Source: an uncultured Candidatus Woesearchaeota archaeon (GTDB lineage Archaea > Nanobdellota > Nanobdellia > Woesearchaeales > UBA10107). From it: a stretch of DNA of 24,000 nucleotides. Below the pieces are notes generated by a model, which saw only the letters and a program-made list of their open reading frames with translations, was not told where the DNA came from and made no database searches. The stretch lies in the NCBI GenBank assembly GCA_963835585.1, contig CAWIGF010000003.1, forward strand, positions 281,376 through 305,375. Reading direction: 5' to 3'. The first letter of the stretch is position 1; each line of letters starts with the position of its first letter. Shown one piece after another: positions 7,390-14,500 of the stretch. The translations under genes were made by a program, and so were the position numbers.

Positions 7390-8454
7390 TTAGTGTGGTA
7401 ATGAACTGTTGCCAAATCCTTCTTTGTAATATACCTCGACGAATGTCCAGAACAACGAGATGATTAATGGACCAATTATGATGCCGATTGGGCCCATCAC
7501 GAAAAGGCCTCCAAGTGTTCCGATCAGCACGACGCCTGGATGTATGTTCAATCTCTTTCCTATCAGCATAGGCCTTAGGAAATTATCCGCGATTGTTACT
7601 ATGAATAATCCAGCAATGAGGAGTATGACTCCCTTGCCTGTGCTTCCTTCTATGAATAATGTTATTGCCGTAGGTACCCAAATCAATGGTGATCCGACGA
7701 TTGGAAGGAACGCGAACACTGCAATGGCCAATCCTGCGAGTATAGGCGTCGTTATACCTAGAAGATAGTACGTCAATGCACCCAATATGCCTTGTATTGC
7801 CGCGCTGACGACATGACCATATAACGTGGCATGCATGAATTGGCTAAACTGGTTTATTATATGGTCGACGTGGTGCTTCTTCAATGGGATTGAGCGTTTC
7901 ATTTTTTCTATGAGAAGCTCCCCGTCAATGAAGAAGTAATAGATTGAGAAGAACATAACGACAAAGAATATGATAAGATTCGGAAGACTGATGATGAAGT
8001 TCGATGCCTCATTCACGATGAATGAGCTGAGCTTGCTTGAAGCGTCCTGGATATAATAAGCTACCTGAGGATTTTTCACCAAATTGACAAATTTGTTCGT
8101 GAGGCCGCAGAAGAGATATGGTGTCTTTTGGCAGTTAATGTTCAGTTGCTCCGTTGTCGCCAACTTCTGTTTTATCTCAATGAATAATCCATAACCTTCC
8201 TTTGTTATTGCTTCCGTTATGTAGTACGACGGGACGACAATCAATATGATAAGCACAATCACGAGAACGAATGACGCCACCTGTTTTGAACGGAACATCC
8301 TTGCACAATACTTGTATACTGGATAGAAGAAATATGCGAGGACTATCGCGCATAATAAAGCGTTCATCAAAGGATAAAGGACCATAAGAGTCAGGACGAG
8401 CAGCACAATCAAAAGACCCAGGAAAAAATTCTTAGAAAATCGCTCCTCTGCCAT
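7390..8454 (-). CDS. AI-2E family transporter (PerM/UPF0118-like permease)
   Basis: 354 aa with about 8 TM helices. The C-terminal ADNFLRPMLIGKRLNIHPGVVLIGTLGGLFVMGPIGIIIGPLI is characteristic of the family. Confidence 0.8.
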   Translation of the reverse strand: MAEERFSKNFFLGLLIVLLVLTLMVLYPLMNALLCAIVLAYFFYPVYKYCARMFRSKQVASFVLVIVLIILIVVPSYYITEAITKEGYGLFIEIKQKLATTEQLNINCQKTPYLFCGLTNKFVNLVKNPQVAYYIQDASSKLSSFIVNEASNFIISLPNLIIFFVVMFFSIYYFFIDGELLIEKMKRSIPLKKHHVDHIINQFSQFMHATLYGHVVSAAIQGILGALTYYLLGITTPILAGLAIAVFAFLPIVGSPLIWVPTAITLFIEGSTGKGVILLIAGLFIVTIADNFLRPMLIGKRLNIHPGVVLIGTLGGLFVMGPIGIIIGPLIISLFWTFVEVYYKEGFGNSSLPH

Positions 8455-8504
8455 GATAATTATTACTTCCTTTTATGATTTATAAATCTATTGCTTGCTA
8501 TGGC

Positions 8505-8990
8505 TCATATACGGTTGTACAGGCCTCGCGCGTAGTCCGTCATCTGCTTCAAATACGTGAATGTCTGTTCAGGGTTAGTGATGCCTTTTATGGTGAGATT
8601 CGGCTGCATTGTTATTGTTCCAGTCCTAAAAAACGTGTCTATGAAATTTTTTGAGAGTTTGATGTCATTGACAGTGTTGAACATGATGTAATTTTCTTTT
8701 TGTCCAACGAATTGGATTCTGTTTTTGTACACATAGTATTTTGTATGTGATGTGCGAACATATGTCAGAAGCGCCTGCATTATCACCAACAGTCCCAAAA
8801 CAGAAAATATGAGCACTGTTATTGATCCGGGAACCTGGATTCCAAGCAAGTAGATATTCAATGCAATGCCCCCATAGAACACAAGAGCAAGCACGAACGT
8901 AACGACTATTGTAGGAACTATCGCCCTGAGTGTATCTGGTTTTATTATGTATTCGGGAAACTCCTGTATTGCTTGGTTTGGTGCGTCCAT
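8505..8990 (-). CDS. Membrane protein with two TM helices and a bacterial-PH (bPH_2/DUF304-like) domain
   Basis: Start moved to M16 (MDAPNQ...) because the first 15 codons of ORF 8505..9035 translate the tRNA. Two TM helices are followed by YYVYKNRIQFVGQ...FFRTGTITMQ. Confidence 0.55.
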   Translation of the reverse strand: MDAPNQAIQEFPEYIIKPDTLRAIVPTIVVTFVLALVFYGGIALNIYLLGIQVPGSITVLIFSVLGLLVIMQALLTYVRTSHTKYYVYKNRIQFVGQKENYIMFNTVNDIKLSKNFIDTFFRTGTITMQPNLTIKGITNPEQTFTYLKQMTDYARGLYNRI

Positions 8991-8998
8991 GTATATAA

Positions 8999-9093
8999 TG
9001 GACCCGCCCGGATTCGAACCGGGGACTCCCACCACGTCAAGGTGATGTCATAACCATTGTCCGCCATGATTGGTGGCTCTAGACCACGGGTCC
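8999..9093 (-). tRNA. tRNA-Val (anticodon GAC) with a ~21-nt insertion in the D-loop (non-canonical intron)
   Basis: Fold: GGACCCG-UG-GUCU-AG[AGCCACCAAUCAUGGCGGACA]AUGGUUA-UGAC-A-UCACC-UUGACGU-GGUGG-GAGUC-CCCGG-UUCGAAU-CCGGG-CGGGUCC-A. The anticodon arm, T arm and acceptor stem are unambiguous. The insert boundaries are approximate. Confidence 0.75.
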
Positions 9094-10128
9094 TTTTATC
9101 TTAAAAGGTAGAATAGCATTCCTATATAAGTCTTTTTGATAGTACTGTGTAACTTCATGCCGATATATGGTTTTATTTTCAAAAAATCGCAAATAGAACC
9201 GAACGATGTGTCTGAGATTTGAACTTCCTACTTTTCTGAAGTAATTTAAAATATTCTCACCCTTGTTTGTTCCAATTTGGGTCTCATCTTTTGATACATA
9301 ACTGAATAAGTCATGCTTGTCTGATATTTGTTTTACTTGCCGGATTAGATTTTTATTATGAGATGTGAAAACAATACAAAATTGGGAGCCATCTCTTCCT
9401 CTGCGAGAAATCGATCCATCAGTATCAATAAGCCCCCTTAGACAGGCTAGTGATAATTTAGAACTTTGTAATATGCTTTTAGGGATCAACGTGTTATTCC
9501 TGATTTTATCCCCATATTCTATTCCAAATTTGTCGTGTAGGAACATACAGAAATTTTTTGAAGAAATCGTAAGATACAATGTATTTCTAGTTTTATCATT
9601 TTCTTTTAAGATGTGTGCATCTATTCCAAAAATATCAAAAATTAATTTTTGAAGGTAGTTGAAATACGGCAAGTCATATCTGGCATCTCCCGAGATTTTA
9701 AGAAAGTATTTTGTTAAGGTTCCATCTCCTAAGTGCGCTCCAATGAACTCTGCAAGTCGTTCATCAAGGATGGGTATTTTAATCTGTTTTGCGTTCGAAT
9801 AGTGGAATTTTGATATGCCTTTTTTTCTCCATTCAACTAGTTCTCTTTTGTATTTTCTTAGCAATGTTTTTGCTCCTTTTTGTCCGCCAATGCGTTTCCC
9901 CCAATTTTCTGGCAGATAAGATGCTTCAAAATCTTTTTCTTTCTTATGAGATAATTTCAAAAGTTTTTCAAATATTTCCTTGGGCAGCAGCATATTTTCT
10001 TGAAAATAATTCTTTAGGGTTGGGTATGGAATTTGCAACCGTTGAGCAACAGTATTCAAAGAATTATGTTTTTGCATTGTTGCAGCAATTAATTTACGTT
10101 GTTCTCCTTTTTTTAGCTTCACCCTCAT
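9079..10128 (-). CDS. Free-standing double-motif LAGLIDADG homing-endonuclease-like protein with N-terminal HTH
   Basis: Two LAGLIDADG motifs: LAEFIGAHLGDGTL and LACLRGLIDTDGSI. The N-terminal NSLNTVAQRLQIPYPTLKNYF is HTH-like. The last 4 codons plus the stop codon overlap the 5' 15 nt of tRNA-Val. Confidence 0.8.
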   Translation of the reverse strand: MRVKLKKGEQRKLIAATMQKHNSLNTVAQRLQIPYPTLKNYFQENMLLPKEIFEKLLKLSHKKEKDFEASYLPENWGKRIGGQKGAKTLLRKYKRELVEWRKKGISKFHYSNAKQIKIPILDERLAEFIGAHLGDGTLTKYFLKISGDARYDLPYFNYLQKLIFDIFGIDAHILKENDKTRNTLYLTISSKNFCMFLHDKFGIEYGDKIRNNTLIPKSILQSSKLSLACLRGLIDTDGSISRRGRDGSQFCIVFTSHNKNLIRQVKQISDKHDLFSYVSKDETQIGTNKGENILNYFRKVGSSNLRHIVRFYLRFFENKTIYRHEVTQYYQKDLYRNAILPFKIKGPVV

Positions 10129-10230
10129 ACTTTGTTTTAGACTATTCTAGTTAATAAATTTATTGATTTAATCATAAAAGTAGACTGTCGGTCCTTTGGA
10201 GAAGGTACATTTTCAAATATCAATTGTAGT

Positions 10231-10764
10231 TCATACACTCAGCATATCTTTCGGTAATTTTTTGAGTTTTGGTTTCTTGATATCTTTGTATCTTTCTTTT
10301 ATCGCGGTAAAGTCGTTGTTCTTGATCTTTGTTAGAATCCAGATGTACTCAAACTGATCTGGATAGAACGGCATATATTCTTCATTTTCATATCTATTGA
10401 TGTTTTCGTCTATTGCGCCGTTTGAGAAATAATAATCTTTGGCAATCTTGATGTTGCCTTTCTTTTTTATGTCGATGTAATCGGATCTTTTTAATGATTC
10501 TTCACCAAGCATTCGCACGATTTTTATTTCGATATTTTCAGTATTTTCGTATATGGTGAGATTCCCTATTTCAATTTGTCTGTTGGACATTATTTTTTTA
10601 CCGTTGCCAGTAACGAATATGACTCCATTGTCATAGACTATTTTTGATACTTCTTCGGCGAGATTGCGATTATGTTTATTTACAGCATGGACAAATGTGC
10701 TATATGTTCCTATTGCTGCAGAAAGTCCAAGACATCCATAAATGGCAAGCTTCTTTAAATTCAT
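10231..10764 (-). CDS. Hypothetical N-terminally anchored/secreted protein, 177 aa
   Basis: Start moved to the internal ATG (MNLKKLAIYGCLGLSAAIGTYSTFVHA..., signal/anchor-like). The upstream part of ORF 10231..10995 overlaps the 232-aa gene. TATA-like ATTTATATCC lies about 25 nt upstream of 10764. Confidence 0.55.
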   Translation of the reverse strand: MNLKKLAIYGCLGLSAAIGTYSTFVHAVNKHNRNLAEEVSKIVYDNGVIFVTGNGKKIMSNRQIEIGNLTIYENTENIEIKIVRMLGEESLKRSDYIDIKKKGNIKIAKDYYFSNGAIDENINRYENEEYMPFYPDQFEYIWILTKIKNNDFTAIKERYKDIKKPKLKKLPKDMLSV

Positions 10765-10813
10765 GAAAGCGAAAAATAAAACTTGGATATAAATGTGTTG
10801 TTGAGAGAAGTAA

Positions 10814-11512
10814 TTATTCAACGAGTTGTTTTGAAAGCTTTCGTGTCTTTGGCGCTCCGCGTACCCCACGAACAAGATAGTAGCCAAAGTACAAGAGCCT
10901 GTCGTAAACGTAGAAATCCGAGTCGTAGTTGAGACTCCTGAGCCACAAAAGGCGAGCAAATGGCTTGTCTTGTTTTTGAGTGTAATCTTTGTCAACGGTC
11001 AATATAGGAACTTCTTTGATGCCATAGTCCTTCAGGAATTTTCCGTATGCTTTTGCACTGTCATTCAGCGAGAAGTTTGATAAAGGATGATCGGCGAGTG
11101 CATCGACAGAGATGTTCTTGATGGTGCTTCGTGGAAGCAAAAGAACACCGTTCTTTTTTCCGTCTGCTGTTGCAAGTTGCCGCAGCTTGTCAGCTTCGAC
11201 ATAGAATTCTTTTCCGTTTCGATGTGCATTTGTCGCTTCACTTGGCTTCTTGAGGATTGGGTTGTGTTTGCCATCAACAACAAGAATGTTGTCTAGTTCT
11301 TTTGGCATGTACAGGAATCCTTCCTGCACATAGCTTCCATTTTGGGAGACATCGTGTTTTGATCCTAATGCTATTCTTGCTTGTGCGAGTTGCTGCGTTG
11401 TTGTTTGAGCATACCCTGCTTTGTTGAGAACAACGAGCGCTGTATCGAATACATTCTGCTCTGTTGCGATTGTGACGTTTTTCTTTCCAATTTTGTATGT
11501 TGCTGTAATCAT
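10814..11512 (-). CDS. Hypothetical cytoplasmic protein, 232 aa, last gene of the surface operon
   Basis: Its ATG is 3 nt after the giant gene's stop. It has no signal peptide or TM helix and no motif I recognise. Confidence 0.6.
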   Translation of the reverse strand: MITATYKIGKKNVTIATEQNVFDTALVVLNKAGYAQTTTQQLAQARIALGSKHDVSQNGSYVQEGFLYMPKELDNILVVDGKHNPILKKPSEATNAHRNGKEFYVEADKLRQLATADGKKNGVLLLPRSTIKNISVDALADHPLSNFSLNDSAKAYGKFLKDYGIKEVPILTVDKDYTQKQDKPFARLLWLRSLNYDSDFYVYDRLLYFGYYLVRGVRGAPKTRKLSKQLVE

Positions 11513-11515
11513 TTT

Positions 11516-14500
11516 TTATTGCCAGATCTTTCTTATTCCCAAGAATAGCAATAAACCTATTACAACTGTTGCGATGCTTACTCCTACACCAACTGGGACT
11601 GATGGTGTTCCGTGTGCTATCTCTCCTGATATTTTGATTACGCCGTTGGCTACTTGCTGAGGCACTGAAGGCGTGCTGACTAACGGAGTTGCAGTAGGCT
11701 CTGTCATGAACAACTTCAAATTGACGTTCGTATTCTGGTCAGGCTGTTCATAATTGACTCCAAGGTTCGTTACGAGCAATTGTCTATCCTTTACATTGAA
11801 ATTGTAAACATCATTCAGGTATCCTGTCCTTGTAGCATCTGAAGGACTTAGACGCAACATTACTTCGTTGCCTGTTCCTATTTTGTCCACAAGCAGGCTG
11901 TAAGTTGTCCCTTGGTATACGAACATGATGGTATCTATTTCACGTATAGATTTTGTCAATGGATTCTCCTGGGTTATGTTCCACAAGTAGTGCTGTGGCG
12001 AGACTATGGTAGGATTGTTGACTGAATTAAGCAAGCCTCCACCTGAAGATGATTCTGGCAATATCATTGGTTGCACATCGACATTAGTCTCTGTTGCGTT
12101 TGCTGAAAGCCCGATGTTATCGGTGACTTTCAGAGTGACGGTGTATCTTTCTATGGCCGTATATGAGTGAGGTACTGATGAATGCGAAGAATTCAATAAA
12201 TTAGTTCCATCCCCGAATGTCCAACTGTAAATAAGAGGACCATTTGCGTCACTTACTGTTGGCGTGAACACAATGTCCGCTGGATAGATTGTGCTTGGTG
12301 CGTAACTGAAACTTACAACTGGTGACTGTGGTGGTATGCCATTGACAGGTCCTGTGTATGTCACATTGTTGATTGTCATGTTGCCGCTGACCAAATTTCC
12401 GTTTGACACGTTAGCATTGGTGAAAACAACTCCCGTTGCTGTCGTGTTGTCAATGAACGAATTTGTCGCGTTGACATTGTTCAAGTTTGAGTTGGTGATT
12501 GTTGAATTTACTGAAACAACATTCACAAGCGTATCGTTTATGACCGTCGAATTTTCTATGTCGCTGCCAGTTACCTGTGAATTTTGGACAGTGCTTCCTG
12601 AAATGGTGCTGCTTGCAATTGTCGATGAGGAGACATTGCTGTCCGATACCGTTGAATTTGTAATTGTTGATGAATATATGTTGCTATTATCTGAAATGGT
12701 TGAGTTCGAAATTTGTGAGTTGTTGACTGAACTGCCGTCTATTGAGCTTCCTATGATTGTTGAACTTTCCGTTACGCTTGAACCATTTGTTATGTTCGAC
12801 TGGCTTACAGTTGAATCTTGTACTGCTGAGTTGTTTACTAACGAGTCGATTACGTGTGAATCATTGATATTAGCTCCTGAAAGGTAATCGTTGATTATTG
12901 TCGAGTATGTGGCATTTGAATTAAGCACAGTCGAATTTGTTATTGTCGAACCTGTGGTTACGCTGTTCATAACTGTTGAAGGGTCTATTACTTCATTGAG
13001 GCAATTGTACGATGGTTCATTTTCATAAATAGAACCTATAATTGTGCAATTGAAGAGGCTGTTTGCAATAACCATTGATCCTCCTAAGACTGTTGAAATA
13101 TTTATACTTGTTATTACATTTGCAGTTGAATCATTTATTCCTGATTGCGAATCTATAGCAACGCTAGTGATTTGATATGAGGCGTTTGCTGGGTAATATA
13201 CGCTGTTGATTGTTGAATTGAAGATGTTGTTTGTAACATTAACAGGCGGGATTACAACAGTTCCGTTGTTCTGCAGTGTCGTGAAAGAGAATGGTCCTGC
13301 TGTCGAGCAGTTGCTGATAAGATTTACATTGCATGCAGTTATGTTGTAGCTGTATGTTGTTGCATTCAAGAGTGCGAGAGGGATTACGCTGAATGAAGTT
13401 CCTGCTTGGTTGAATGTTCTGACTCCGAATAGATTAAGCGTGCTATTTGCCAAAATATCTGTGTTCCAACCTATTATTACAGAACTATTCGTGATTGAGG
13501 AGTTTGTGACGTTTGATATCACTGGTGCTGCGGTGCTGTTTGTCATGTTTATTGGCGGAATAACAATACTTCCATTGTTGTTCAATGTCGTGAACGAGAA
13601 CGGCCCTGCTATTGTGCAGTTGTTGTATATGTTGCATGCTGTTATGTTGTAATTATATGTTGTTGAGTTTACAAGTCCAGGCACGAAAACTGAACTATAT
13701 TGAGTTGTGTCATTAGTGAATGTCCCGACTCCGAATATGTCCAATGTGCTGTTAGTTATCTCGCTTGTCGCCCAATCCAAAGTGACTGAATCGTTTGTAG
13801 CAGTGACGTTAGATAATACGATGAATGGTGTCGAAGTGTCGTTGCCTGGCGGTATAACCACCGATCCGTTATTGTTAAGTGTGGTGAACTGGAATGGGCC
13901 TGCGGATGAGCAGTTGATGTACATGTTGCATGCCGTTATGTTGTAATAATATGTTGTCGAATTTGTAAGATTGCTAACTGGAACCGAGTATGATGTTCCT
14001 GAGACAAAAGTAAGTCCATTCAATACTAAAGTACTGTTGGTTGCTTCATTTGTCGTCCAGTTGATAATTGCAGATTCATTTGTTATATCAGAGACATTTA
14101 CATTTGAGATTACTGGCGCCGAAGTATCATTTACAGGTGGAATTACGACTGCTGTACTGTTGTAAGTGTAGATTGCAGTTACAGCTCCATTGCCGTTTAC
14201 ACTGATGTTCGTGGTTTGCGAATTAGGACTTGTAACGCTTACGTTTCCTGTAGTGTTCCATGAATCGAACACGTAGCTTGCGTTCAATGGATTATATGTT
14301 ACCGTGTAGTTTCCTGAATAAACTACGCTTGGTGTTGTATTTGGAAGACTCATTAACAAAGACTCTGGTGTTATGATGCCGTTGAGAATCACAGTGACAT
14401 TGAACGTGACACTTCCTATATCTGAAGGATTGCTTGCGTTAGTGTCAATTCCATCGAATGAAACTGAATACAAAGAAAGAGGAGGTCCTGGTATAGGAAC

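Noticed and set aside
7460-7768. 102-aa plus-strand ORF inside the AI-2E transporter gene, and ORFs 7018..7218 / 7051..7248 inside the kinase-like gene
   Set aside because: These are shadow ORFs overlapping well-supported CDSs, with no independent signal.
8991-9035. N-terminal 15 codons of ORF 8505..9035 (MVGVPGSNPGGSIIY)
   Set aside because: This stretch translates the T arm and acceptor stem of tRNA-Val. The gene start was moved to ATG 8990.
10765-10995. Upstream 77 codons of ORF 10231..10995
   Set aside because: They overlap the 3' end of the 232-aa gene in another frame and have odd composition. An internal ATG with a signal/anchor sequence and its own TATA box is a better start.
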